A stretch of DNA of 64,000 bases. Source: a virus (lineage: Duplodnaviria; Caudoviricetes). Location of the stretch: the IMG/VR virus record IMGVR_UViG_3300037486_000510, positions 13,287-77,286 of that record, one strand, 5' to 3'. Position 1 is the first letter of the stretch; each line of letters starts with the position of its first letter. The translations under genes and the position numbers were made by a program. The notes beneath the pieces were generated by a model that was not told where the DNA came from, made no database searches, and worked only from the letters and a program-made list of their open reading frames with translations. Positions 9,065-19,045 of this stretch are shown piece by piece.

Positions 9065-9811
9065 ATGAAGGAATTTAGAAAAAATAATGAGGGAAATTTG
9101 GTCTGTGAAGAATGTGAAAAAATATTTAGTTCGCAAATAGGATTAGGAACGCATATAGGTATGATACATAATTCTAAACTATATTATGACAAATGGATTA
9201 AAGAAAAAGACGAAGACATATGTAAAATTTGCAGTAAAAAAACAAAGTTTTCTTCTAAAATAACTCGAGGATATTATAAAACTTGTTCAAAAAAGTGTGA
9301 AAACAAAAATCGGGTAAACACAATTAAACAAACATTAATTAAAACGTTTGGAGTAGAAAATATTTCTCAACTAAAAGAAACAAAAGAAAAAAAGAGACAA
9401 ACATATTTGAAACATTTTGGCGTTGACAATAACATGAAAAATAAAAATAATTTTGAGAAACAACAAAAATCAGCAAAATTATTAAAATATTTTAAAGATA
9501 CAACTATTTATTATCGCGGGTCATTTGAACTTGATTTTCTAGAAAAATATCAAGATTTATTTCCCGACATAATAAATCCTGAATCTGTAAAATATTTATT
9601 TGAAGGAAAACAACTTATTTATCATCCAGATTTTTTCATACCATTGTTAAATCTTACAGTTGAAATTAAAAATTCATATCTCGCTAATAAAGATAAATTT
9701 AAAATTGAAGCAAAAGAAAAAGCCATTATTGCTAATGGCTTCAAATATATTATGATTGTTGATAAAGATTATACAGACTTTACCAAGTATATATCGAATA
9801 TGAAAACGTAG
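9065..9811 (+). mobile_element. Free-standing endonuclease, paralog of 6245..7084
   Basis: CEECEK...LGTHIGMIH, CKICS, TCSKKC; YHPDFFIPLLNLTVEIKNSYLA. Confidence 0.75.
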
Positions 9812-10613
9812 GGCCAATAACTACTGATGTTTTTTGCGTCATAAAATTCCATCCTCCTGTTATTCCTACACCTAAAGATACTCCCTGGAACCAATGGCGT
9901 TTAGGCTGTTTGAAAATATCGGGCCAATCTGCCGGGTCTATCATCACTCCCTGTAACTGCGCTACTGTAAATCCAGGATAATTGCTTTGTACAAATACTC
10001 GTAAAACTCCATTTTCAACTTTTTGTCCCCATATAAGATTTATTTGTGTAAGCCTATTTGTTAATTCTGTATCCATATGTGCAAGTTCAAGTGGATCTTT
10101 ATTTATAATTTTGATATACGTTCTTCCTGAAAAAGAATCAAAATTTAAAGAATCATACTGATAACGTAGAGTCCACGGCGCTGCGTATGTATTTTCATCT
10201 ATTTTTACAAGATCTTCTATTTTCTTTTCTAAATCTTTAATATGATTTTGAAACCACACTGAATCTTGTCGCAATTGAATAATAGCATCAGTTAGAGAAA
10301 TAACATCCCCTTCTTGAGCTTCAACTAAATCATAAAGTTCTTTGTTAAGTTCTTCCAATTCCTTTTTAGAGGCAATATAACTTGCAATTGAAGCCTGAAG
10401 AGATCCATTTTTTTGTTTTTCATATTTAATAGAATCATTAAGAGCAATTATATTTTGATCACTAATCGCGTCTTGTCTTTGAAGTTCTTTTATTCGTGAA
10501 CATTGTATAGCACTAAGTATAATAAATCCAATTATTATAAGTGCTATGAATAATTTGCTTTTAACAAATTTCCATACTTTTGTCCAATCTATTTTTTTAG
10601 TTTCTTCTGTCAT
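9780..10613 (-). CDS. Membrane-anchored coiled-coil protein (i-spanin-like candidate)
   Basis: TM LFIALIIIGFIILSAI, coiled coil, C-terminal amphipathic beta strands ending in W. Confidence 0.5.
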   Translation of the reverse strand: MTEETKKIDWTKVWKFVKSKLFIALIIIGFIILSAIQCSRIKELQRQDAISDQNIIALNDSIKYEKQKNGSLQASIASYIASKKELEELNKELYDLVEAQEGDVISLTDAIIQLRQDSVWFQNHIKDLEKKIEDLVKIDENTYAAPWTLRYQYDSLNFDSFSGRTYIKIINKDPLELAHMDTELTNRLTQINLIWGQKVENGVLRVFVQSNYPGFTVAQLQGVMIDPADWPDIFKQPKRHWFQGVSLGVGITGGWNFMTQKTSVVIGPTFSYSIYTW

Positions 10614-10631
10614 TTTTAATTTTTAATTAAT

Positions 10632-12566
10632 CTACACGTGATATACATAAAAAATTTCTCCACATCCCTCGGCATTTTCGTGATCATAACTAAATGCATT
10701 CATTGTTCCTACAACTCCGTTTCCGGTCCCAGACGTAATCGTTATATTACGTATTATTGCGAAACCAGAAGACCAGATATCAACATCATAATCCACTTGA
10801 TAAGCATAATCACAATCTCCCCAGAACCCTATATATACTGAATTATCTTTTGTAATTCCGGTAACTGAAATATTTGCCCATTCAGAACCGCCATCATTGT
10901 ACGGACCCGGCTGACCCGGTAACATAATATCTGCACATCCTATTTGAGAAGAATCTTTTACTGCGCAACCCCATACCTCTACTTGTCCTTGCGTTACTTC
11001 TGTTGGAACACTAATTCCAATATTAACATATATGCTAATGTCAACTGTAACTGTTTGTGTGGTTAATCCACTAAATCGTAAATATCCTGAAGAATCAAAC
11101 TGTACATAAATATCTGAACTACCGGGTCCGTAGTATCCTCTTTGCCAAATAGTTACACTAGTTTGTGGTGCTTCAGAATTTATATATAACGTGCCCGATC
11201 TAGTAGTATTTAACGAATTTATATCTAATCTTACATCAAAAGACTGAATAGCTGCAGTAGACGATTCTTCTGGACTACAATGAATCCAATCTATATCTCC
11301 AGGGAGAGGTGGACATGGATTTAAATCTGGATCATATATGCCAGTTATATACCACCCAGTAATAGAGTTAGTCGATAAATCTACAGTGTATACAGATGAA
11401 TCTACTTCATCAAATATTCCAGAAGCATCTGCCCATAATACATGCATTATTGGATCTGTAACCCATAAATATGGAGCTTCAGTCGTTGTAAAAGATCTAC
11501 AAATAGAATTTCGTATCCACCCATTTTTATTAAATGACATGTAGTATTTGTATGGAGTAAGCTGTTCTAATCCATTTACAGTTAGTTCAGCATATTCTGC
11601 ACAATTATGATACACAAAAGGTCTAAATGTAGATGAATTAACTGTGACATTTATACTAGATAAATTTGAAACATCTTTGTACAAATATAAATCTGCAATA
11701 ACATCTGCGTCAGGAGTAAATTCTAATTTATCCCAAGTTATTGACGCAGAAGTATGTCCTGCAATAGAAGTAAACGATGATGGGTTTCTTTCAAAAACTC
11801 CATTAAATAATGAATTAGCATTTATTTCATAATTAGTTAATATTGTTCCATCTGCTGTGTTTGTAGTAAATCTTCCGCCAGGATCATCTCTATTAACTTT
11901 TAACGAAGAAACATCAAATATTAAGTGTGTATCTCTTAAGTTTCCATTATCATCTAAATTACCTATTCTAAATATATTTGCTGAAGCTTCTCTAACAATT
12001 GCGATTGATTGTTTGTCATCTTCGCCAGAAGAATATACTGTAAAAGGATTATAAACGCCAATTAACACATTTGAAAATTCTATTCTAGCATAGTTTTTAG
12101 GTTCAGTACCATATATTTTAGATGGTGTACTATAATAATTTATTTCTCCTGTTGAATATACATTATCTATAAGATATTTAGCAACATCATTGTTATTAAA
12201 ATATCGATTATATTTAAAAGTGTCTGACATAACTTCAGCAGAAGTAAAATAGCCTGCTGTACTTAGACTTGCGTATTTGTATACAAATTCTCCTGTGCAT
12301 GGATCTAATATTTCATATACACCTCCATTAAGATCAATGAATAAATCTCCTGTGTTATATGATCTACCCTCTGGCAATACTTCTGATGAACCAACAGTAG
12401 AAGCACATAATATTATATTACCCATAATGGCTGTATTTATTGTAGCTGTTTGAGTTCTTGCATCAAAATCTGTAAAATATATGCCTAAACCTGCTAATCC
12501 AGCAGACCCATCGTCTCCTCGTGTTCCGAATCCTGGTCTTCCTGGTGCATATTGAAATTTATCCAT
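10632..12566 (-). CDS. Virion fibre protein with collagen-like N-terminus, FN3-like and BACON-like domains
   Basis: PGRPGFGTRGDDGSAGLAGLG; GLEQLTPYKYY; WIHCSP...RSGTLYINSEAPQTSVTIWQ; late-type promoter 12579-12589. Confidence 0.65.
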   Translation of the reverse strand: MDKFQYAPGRPGFGTRGDDGSAGLAGLGIYFTDFDARTQTATINTAIMGNIILCASTVGSSEVLPEGRSYNTGDLFIDLNGGVYEILDPCTGEFVYKYASLSTAGYFTSAEVMSDTFKYNRYFNNNDVAKYLIDNVYSTGEINYYSTPSKIYGTEPKNYARIEFSNVLIGVYNPFTVYSSGEDDKQSIAIVREASANIFRIGNLDDNGNLRDTHLIFDVSSLKVNRDDPGGRFTTNTADGTILTNYEINANSLFNGVFERNPSSFTSIAGHTSASITWDKLEFTPDADVIADLYLYKDVSNLSSINVTVNSSTFRPFVYHNCAEYAELTVNGLEQLTPYKYYMSFNKNGWIRNSICRSFTTTEAPYLWVTDPIMHVLWADASGIFDEVDSSVYTVDLSTNSITGWYITGIYDPDLNPCPPLPGDIDWIHCSPEESSTAAIQSFDVRLDINSLNTTRSGTLYINSEAPQTSVTIWQRGYYGPGSSDIYVQFDSSGYLRFSGLTTQTVTVDISIYVNIGISVPTEVTQGQVEVWGCAVKDSSQIGCADIMLPGQPGPYNDGGSEWANISVTGITKDNSVYIGFWGDCDYAYQVDYDVDIWSSGFAIIRNITITSGTGNGVVGTMNAFSYDHENAEGCGEIFYVYHV

Positions 12567-12602
12567 GTTAATATCTTTTATTTATATATTTTAATCATTA
12601 TA

Positions 12603-14285
12603 TTATTCTGCTAAATAAAAACAATCGTCACAATCATTTACTTGATTAACCCCTACGAGTTTAGATCTTGCTCCGTCTAAAGATTTAACTTCGCATGATC
12701 CTAATCTATCAGATGTCCATGTTCTTTTATCGCAATTAACTGTAAAGCTTCCAGTACCTGTTCTTGGACTCGAAATAGATCCACCATTAGAAATTAAAAC
12801 CCATGAATCTGAAGGTATTACATACCATCTGTGTCCGGTTGGAGCAGTTACAGTAATTGTTCGGTATGGATATGCAGGCGAACAAAGTGTATTTAACGGA
12901 TTTGTGCATACTTGTGTATGATCAATAGTTATAGTTGGTGCTACATATGCTTGCTGATTAACTGTGACAGTTACTGGCTGAGCTTGTGAAGTTATAGTAA
13001 TGGTTCCTGATCGTGCGCCACCTGTATTTGCAGCAACACCTACACTAAATTGTGTAGCAGATATTACAGTAACAGGCGTAATCCATCCGCTATTTACAGT
13101 AAGATTCCATCCAGTGGCAGAGTCAGTCGTTACAGTTACTAAATTAGAACCGTAAATCGTTCCATCCGCTGAAGCGTCCAATGTTAAAGGACTGGCAGAT
13201 GTTGTAGGCAATGATCCAACAGTAGTCGAATTTATTGCAGAAGTTCTCTGCCAGCCATCGGCTACTATATTCATATGATAATAATAAATATCATTTTCTA
13301 ATAAACCCCTAATTGTAGCAGTGCCAGTTGTACTAACATCATAAAATATTAATGGATCAAAAGATTCTAGAGTGTCTTTGTAAACATACAAATTTCCTAC
13401 TGCGGCCGTTGATGCAGGCGTAAAATCATTTAAATTCCATGAAATTTCAAATGAAGATACATCACCATCAGATACATAAAATGATATGGGGGTTTGCGTA
13501 AATATTTCGAAGCCGTTATATAAAGAATTATTTCCAATTTCTGTATTAGTAAGTATTTCTCCTTCTGTAGTATCTATGCGTATTGGTGTAGAATTCTTTT
13601 TTAAAGTTGAAATATCAAATGTTAATGATGTATTTCGTATTGAAGTATCATTTCCAATTCTAAAAGTATTGCTATTTATATTTCTAACTATTGAAAACGC
13701 TTTATGATCATCAATATATCTATATTGTCCCGAAGAATAAACAGTAAATGGATTATAGATCGTATTCATCGGTATATTAGAATATTCTACTCTTGCAAAA
13801 TTTTTGGGTTTAATTCCATAAATTTTTGAGGGATAATCTAAATGTCCAGATCTTTGTAAATTATATACATTATCAATAATGTAGTTAGTTGCGCTTGGAT
13901 CAGATATATCAAAAATATTACGATATCTATCAAATACGCCATCGCCTGCATCAGCAGATGTATCTTGAAAATATGTTACAGTAGTAAATCTTGGAAATGG
14001 AGGATCAGTATACGATCCTTCTGATGCATCAGTAATTATAGTTATATGTCCTTCATTATCAACAATACTTTCATAATTAATATATCTTCTTCTACCCGGA
14101 AGAGGAGTTCCAATTAGATCAGTAGAAAATAAAGATTCGTTAGATTGAATTTTATTTGTGATAATAGCTATATCTGCTTCTAAATCATAATCAGTATAGT
14201 GCAATCCCATTGCGTGTATGCCAATAGATCCATCTGCTCCTTTTGCGCCATATCCAATTAAACCCGGAAAATATTGAAAATTCAT
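12603..14285 (-). CDS. Virion fibre protein, paralog of 10632..12566, with BACON domains
   Basis: Shared FQYxPG..G.G..G.DGS.G start and PSKIYG..PKN.AR.E.SN..YNPFTVYSSG core; GWNLTVNSGWIT...RSGTITITSQ..VTVNQ. Confidence 0.7.
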   Translation of the reverse strand: MNFQYFPGLIGYGAKGADGSIGIHAMGLHYTDYDLEADIAIITNKIQSNESLFSTDLIGTPLPGRRRYINYESIVDNEGHITIITDASEGSYTDPPFPRFTTVTYFQDTSADAGDGVFDRYRNIFDISDPSATNYIIDNVYNLQRSGHLDYPSKIYGIKPKNFARVEYSNIPMNTIYNPFTVYSSGQYRYIDDHKAFSIVRNINSNTFRIGNDTSIRNTSLTFDISTLKKNSTPIRIDTTEGEILTNTEIGNNSLYNGFEIFTQTPISFYVSDGDVSSFEISWNLNDFTPASTAAVGNLYVYKDTLESFDPLIFYDVSTTGTATIRGLLENDIYYYHMNIVADGWQRTSAINSTTVGSLPTTSASPLTLDASADGTIYGSNLVTVTTDSATGWNLTVNSGWITPVTVISATQFSVGVAANTGGARSGTITITSQAQPVTVTVNQQAYVAPTITIDHTQVCTNPLNTLCSPAYPYRTITVTAPTGHRWYVIPSDSWVLISNGGSISSPRTGTGSFTVNCDKRTWTSDRLGSCEVKSLDGARSKLVGVNQVNDCDDCFYLAE

Positions 14286-14308
14286 GTAACTACTTTATTT
14301 ATATATTT

Positions 14309-17300
14309 TTATTTTTCATATAGAGTAATTTTTATAAAATATGAATAATTTCCTGTTTTAGGAATTATTATTTTATAATAATATTCTCCGTTTATTTGTA
14401 CAGGTTGTCCATTAAAATTCTGTTTTTCATCAAGTATAAAATCAGAATTATGTGTATAAGCTATCTTGTTCAATGGCACTGATCTTCTTCCTGAAGATGA
14501 TGTCGTATAGTAAAAATCTAATTTTATTTTAGGCGCATTAATACCATAATAAGGCAAGACCGTATTTTTAATGTAGTCATTAATTATATTGTCAGCACTA
14601 GTTAATCCTGACCAGTTGCTTAAAAAAGTTAAACTAGAAGTAAATGTGTTTAAAATAGCTTTAGTTAAATTATAATATGCAGTTATTTCTGATGTAGTTT
14701 CACTATATCTCAATGTAGTTGTATCCCATTTATCAAATACTAGAAAATCAGGAAATTTAGGTAATTTTGATCCAAAAAAAGAAGGTAATTCTACCGGACA
14801 TTCATATCCATCTGTTGGCACACCATCTTTAATATAATAATCCCCATCCCATTGTGATTTAAATACGTTAAAATCTTTAATATAAGAAATCGCATTATCT
14901 GCGTCAAGATCTGCTTGAGAAATGTTTGACACTAATTTATTATACCATAATTGACTAATACTGTTATAATTTATTAAATTTGTATTACTCAAGATAAAAT
15001 CTTGATCAACTATGTCTATGAATTCTTTTTCTTCATCCGCTTTAAATTCAAATATATTATTAAACTTAGGTTGATACCAACCATTATATGTAGATATATT
15101 ATTGAACGATTTTGGAGAATTAACTGTGATAGTCATTAAATTTGCACTTCCAAAATCATAACTAGAATAAATATCATCGTCACGTATAATATAAAACATT
15201 ACGTTATTATACATAACATTATCATAATTGGGAGTTAATAAGTATTTTAAAGTTTCTATGTTGGTTGTGTTACTTATATATAAATTTTCATTAGAATTGT
15301 ATTTATATCCATAATTTATTGAATATTTACTAAATGTATTGCTATTAGGAAAATAACTATATAATGGAGCTTGTGTAAACGTATTATATGTTAACGGCGA
15401 ATAGAAAAAGTTATCAACAATTATATTTGCTCCAAATGCATTATAAATAGAACTAATTCCATTTATGTTTTTATTATATTGCGCGTAAGGTCGTGCAACA
15501 CTTGAATCGTAGCCATAATCTTTTCCGTATATATTTATTAAAAGTTTTGCAAGAGTAGAATTATTAACTATAAATGGTGTTTTTACAAATGAATAATAAG
15601 ATTGTGAAGGATCTGCAGATGTTACAAATGCAGAATTTGTAGAATCTAATAAAGATTTGCCAGGTAGATATGAAGAATATCTTGCAGTGTAATTTAATTC
15701 ATCGTTTCCTTGGTACCAAATCATCAAGATTGTTCTTGTATTTTCATTTATAATTACTTCAATTGGATGTTTAGATGTTTTGTTTTTAGAAGGAGTAGAA
15801 ATAAATGAAAATCTAAATCGATTATAGTTTTTTAGGTCTATTAGTTGTTTCGCTATGTACTCAAGAGATAATGATAATTTTAATCCCGTAATAGTAACAT
15901 CTAGAGAATCTTTATAATTATTGTAATAAGATATTGAAGAACGCGTTATTGCAGCATCAACATTATAATTTGAATAAATTAATTTTGAAAAATAATCAAC
16001 ATAAGGATACGCAAACATAGCATCTTTAAATGATAAATTATTAGATGAATCTACTATATCGTTTATATCATAAAAAATATAATTTTCCCATGCTCTTGTT
16101 CCAGGAGTTAAATATTTAAATACTGGATAACTAATTTCTTGAGAAAATTGTGATGCGTCAGGTATAAAATTCGATGTCATTCCCGTCTGAAATGATGATC
16201 CATTTAATTTAAGCAATAATGGATTATTTCTACAATCTGTACCTAATCCAACCCACTTTGAAACAGTTGGAACTGTTAATCCATATTTTAATAAGGCGCT
16301 TGAATCATAATACGAACCAATATTTTCTACGTTTGCGTCTGAATATCCAGTGTATGCAAATGATGTGTCTAATACTGCATAAGTTATTATAGTATCTGTG
16401 TTAGTCTCAAAATCTATACTTGAATCAAATGTATTAAAAAGTGTAGAAACATCGTATGTATTAGGAGTTCCATCTTTAGTAAAAATTCCTGTCCCTGATT
16501 TAATAATATAAGAACCTTGAATATCTAATGTATAATTTGAACATGCATCTAGTGAAATTTGATATGTATCAACATCATCTTCTCTATTATATGAATATTC
16601 GCTTTGATAATTTAAATGTGTTGAATCATAAACTGCATTATCTATATCTTTTACGGGATTTATTCCTAATAATGAAATATTAAGAGGAGATATGCTATAA
16701 GCGTTAAATTTATTTACTACAGTGTTAATATCTTCTGCAGTCATTATTAACATTTTATCACCATTTTGAATAGGTTCTTTAACATATAAATAACTATTAT
16801 TAGACACATCTAAATATAATATTTTTTTGTACCAAAGATCTTTTCCTTGATATAGAGTTGGTGTTTCAAATTTATCAAGTATATTTTGCAATGAATCAAA
16901 ATAATAAAAATTATTATTTCCTCGATTGATAAAATTTAACATTATACTTTGACGATTTCCAAAAAATTCAAAATCTATTGGTCCAAATGATGCATCATAA
17001 GCAATAGTTTCAAAATCAGTTAAAGACGGAGTAAATCTTCCAAAAAAGGCTATATCTGACGCTCTTGCACTATTATTAAAATTAGAAGATGAATCGTTAA
17101 TATTATTTAATGTAGTAGCCATTATTCTTTGAAACATCCATTCTTCTGTTGGATCAGCATCGTCAGTAAGAATAATAGATGCCCAATTGCTTCCGCTATT
17201 TCCTGATTTAAAACATGTTCCATCATATTCTAAAAATCTATTAAACGCCTTTTCTATTTCTTGAACTTGATATGTTATATCGCCGTTTATATCAAAATAT

Positions 17301-19036
17301 GTATGGTATATTGTAGGATAAATTCCGCTAGCATCTTCAGAAATTGAACAATAAACATTGCAATCATAGTCAGACGCATTTGTGGAATATGCTTCCCAAA
17401 TTTTATTTTGAGTTTTGTTTACAACTCTTAAATGTTCTCCTTGTTCAAGTACATTGTTAAGAGTCAATGTAATAAATGAATTTATGCTATTATCTTTTAC
17501 AACATCTACACTAAAAATATTTTTGTATGGTTTACTTACATATGAGTTAAATGTGGCGCCATTAATTTGATTTACGTTAATAATTCTTTGAAGTTGAATT
17601 TGGTCATTCAATACAAATATTCTATTTTTATATGAAGACATAATAGTTCCCCAACTTGAGTCAAATACTGAAGAATGCATAAATACACTACTATCTTTTC
17701 CATCAAGCGATATAATTTCAATATTTCCGCCCGATGTATCTGAGTAATATGCTATATTGTATAAAATATTTTCAGTTAAATACAAACCAAAATATCTACT
17801 CATTGTGTAAAGACTTGCGTCACTATCACTAAATACATATTCTATGTTTATTAAATTGGGACATAATAAATTTTGTCTAGAAAATCCATCTGATATAAAC
17901 GCGTTTATATCAGTAAAGTTATCTGTTTTTTGATTAAAGAAATATGGATCTTCTGATCTTCCTGTTAAAATTCCTCTATCTACGGCAATACCATACCATG
18001 TATTTGGGTCTGTTTCGGATAAATTGATGCTAGGATCAATTGGATTTGTTAAAGATAAAAATACAGGTGCTTGAATTTTAACAACATCTGCTAAATGTGT
18101 TGTTAAATATTTTCCAAGATTTGATTCTGGTTTTAAACTCCAACTTTTAATTATATTACTATTTTGTAAATATTGAGATGCTAAAGTATTAAGAGATGGA
18201 TTGTAAAGATATGTATCTGCATTATATACTCCGTTTAATTTAAATATCGCAAAATAATCAGGTAATTTAGAATTTATCCATAACGGCGCTAATAATCCAT
18301 TATCTTGATCATATAATTCATCAAATAATATTCTTGCGCCATAATTATATGTGGTAATATACTGATCTTTATAATCTAATTTAGGAAGATCTATTACAAG
18401 AGTTTTATCATTATCAATAGAATATAATGCTCCAGTATTTATTAATGTTGAAAAATTATTTCTTATATCGCTAGATAATACGCTATTCGCAGATATTACT
18501 TTTTTACGATAAGTTTTATTTGATAAGAGTTCTGATACTTTAAAGGTATCTAAAAATAAATTATTGCTAGTATCTACAACTAATTTAACATTTCCTGTAA
18601 ATTTGGGATTAGTTCTTAATAACAAATAAGATGCTTCGCCATCAACCAAAACATTTTCACTATTATATGTACTAACAATTCCTTCTCTGAGTGTATATAC
18701 TTTATTAAATATTGAAACATCTACTGTATCTGCTACATTGCCAGCAGACACATCATCTTCTGAACTATAAAAATTAAAGGTGAGATTTGTACTAAAATTG
18801 TAATTAATATCTGTAAAAATATGAAAAGATGCTATATTATTAGTTGCATCTAAATATATTGCGTAATACGCACTATTTTGTACGTAATTGTTTATGTCTA
18901 ATCCATTAACATACAATATATTATCTCCTATACTAGCATCAGGTATTACCAGATAATCTGTCGCGTCATAGGTGAAGTTTAAAAATGCTTCAGGATTTTT
19001 TGTAGTTAATATAGCTGTATCGTTGAATTGTTTCAT
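14309..19036 (-). CDS. Large virion (baseplate-region) protein
   Basis: 1575 aa, N/S/Y-rich, inside structural operon; about 22 D-x-S motifs. Confidence 0.7.
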   Translation of the reverse strand: MKQFNDTAILTTKNPEAFLNFTYDATDYLVIPDASIGDNILYVNGLDINNYVQNSAYYAIYLDATNNIASFHIFTDINYNFSTNLTFNFYSSEDDVSAGNVADTVDVSIFNKVYTLREGIVSTYNSENVLVDGEASYLLLRTNPKFTGNVKLVVDTSNNLFLDTFKVSELLSNKTYRKKVISANSVLSSDIRNNFSTLINTGALYSIDNDKTLVIDLPKLDYKDQYITTYNYGARILFDELYDQDNGLLAPLWINSKLPDYFAIFKLNGVYNADTYLYNPSLNTLASQYLQNSNIIKSWSLKPESNLGKYLTTHLADVVKIQAPVFLSLTNPIDPSINLSETDPNTWYGIAVDRGILTGRSEDPYFFNQKTDNFTDINAFISDGFSRQNLLCPNLINIEYVFSDSDASLYTMSRYFGLYLTENILYNIAYYSDTSGGNIEIISLDGKDSSVFMHSSVFDSSWGTIMSSYKNRIFVLNDQIQLQRIINVNQINGATFNSYVSKPYKNIFSVDVVKDNSINSFITLTLNNVLEQGEHLRVVNKTQNKIWEAYSTNASDYDCNVYCSISEDASGIYPTIYHTYFDINGDITYQVQEIEKAFNRFLEYDGTCFKSGNSGSNWASIILTDDADPTEEWMFQRIMATTLNNINDSSSNFNNSARASDIAFFGRFTPSLTDFETIAYDASFGPIDFEFFGNRQSIMLNFINRGNNNFYYFDSLQNILDKFETPTLYQGKDLWYKKILYLDVSNNSYLYVKEPIQNGDKMLIMTAEDINTVVNKFNAYSISPLNISLLGINPVKDIDNAVYDSTHLNYQSEYSYNREDDVDTYQISLDACSNYTLDIQGSYIIKSGTGIFTKDGTPNTYDVSTLFNTFDSSIDFETNTDTIITYAVLDTSFAYTGYSDANVENIGSYYDSSALLKYGLTVPTVSKWVGLGTDCRNNPLLLKLNGSSFQTGMTSNFIPDASQFSQEISYPVFKYLTPGTRAWENYIFYDINDIVDSSNNLSFKDAMFAYPYVDYFSKLIYSNYNVDAAITRSSISYYNNYKDSLDVTITGLKLSLSLEYIAKQLIDLKNYNRFRFSFISTPSKNKTSKHPIEVIINENTRTILMIWYQGNDELNYTARYSSYLPGKSLLDSTNSAFVTSADPSQSYYSFVKTPFIVNNSTLAKLLINIYGKDYGYDSSVARPYAQYNKNINGISSIYNAFGANIIVDNFFYSPLTYNTFTQAPLYSYFPNSNTFSKYSINYGYKYNSNENLYISNTTNIETLKYLLTPNYDNVMYNNVMFYIIRDDDIYSSYDFGSANLMTITVNSPKSFNNISTYNGWYQPKFNNIFEFKADEEKEFIDIVDQDFILSNTNLINYNSISQLWYNKLVSNISQADLDADNAISYIKDFNVFKSQWDGDYYIKDGVPTDGYECPVELPSFFGSKLPKFPDFLVFDKWDTTTLRYSETTSEITAYYNLTKAILNTFTSSLTFLSNWSGLTSADNIINDYIKNTVLPYYGINAPKIKLDFYYTTSSSGRRSVPLNKIAYTHNSDFILDEKQNFNGQPVQINGEYYYKIIIPKTGNYSYFIKITLYEK

Positions 19037-19045
19037 ATTTTATTT

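Noticed and set aside
6245-9811. Composite transposon formed by the twin endonucleases
   Set aside because: No terminal inverted repeats, target duplication or DDE/HUH transposase motifs found
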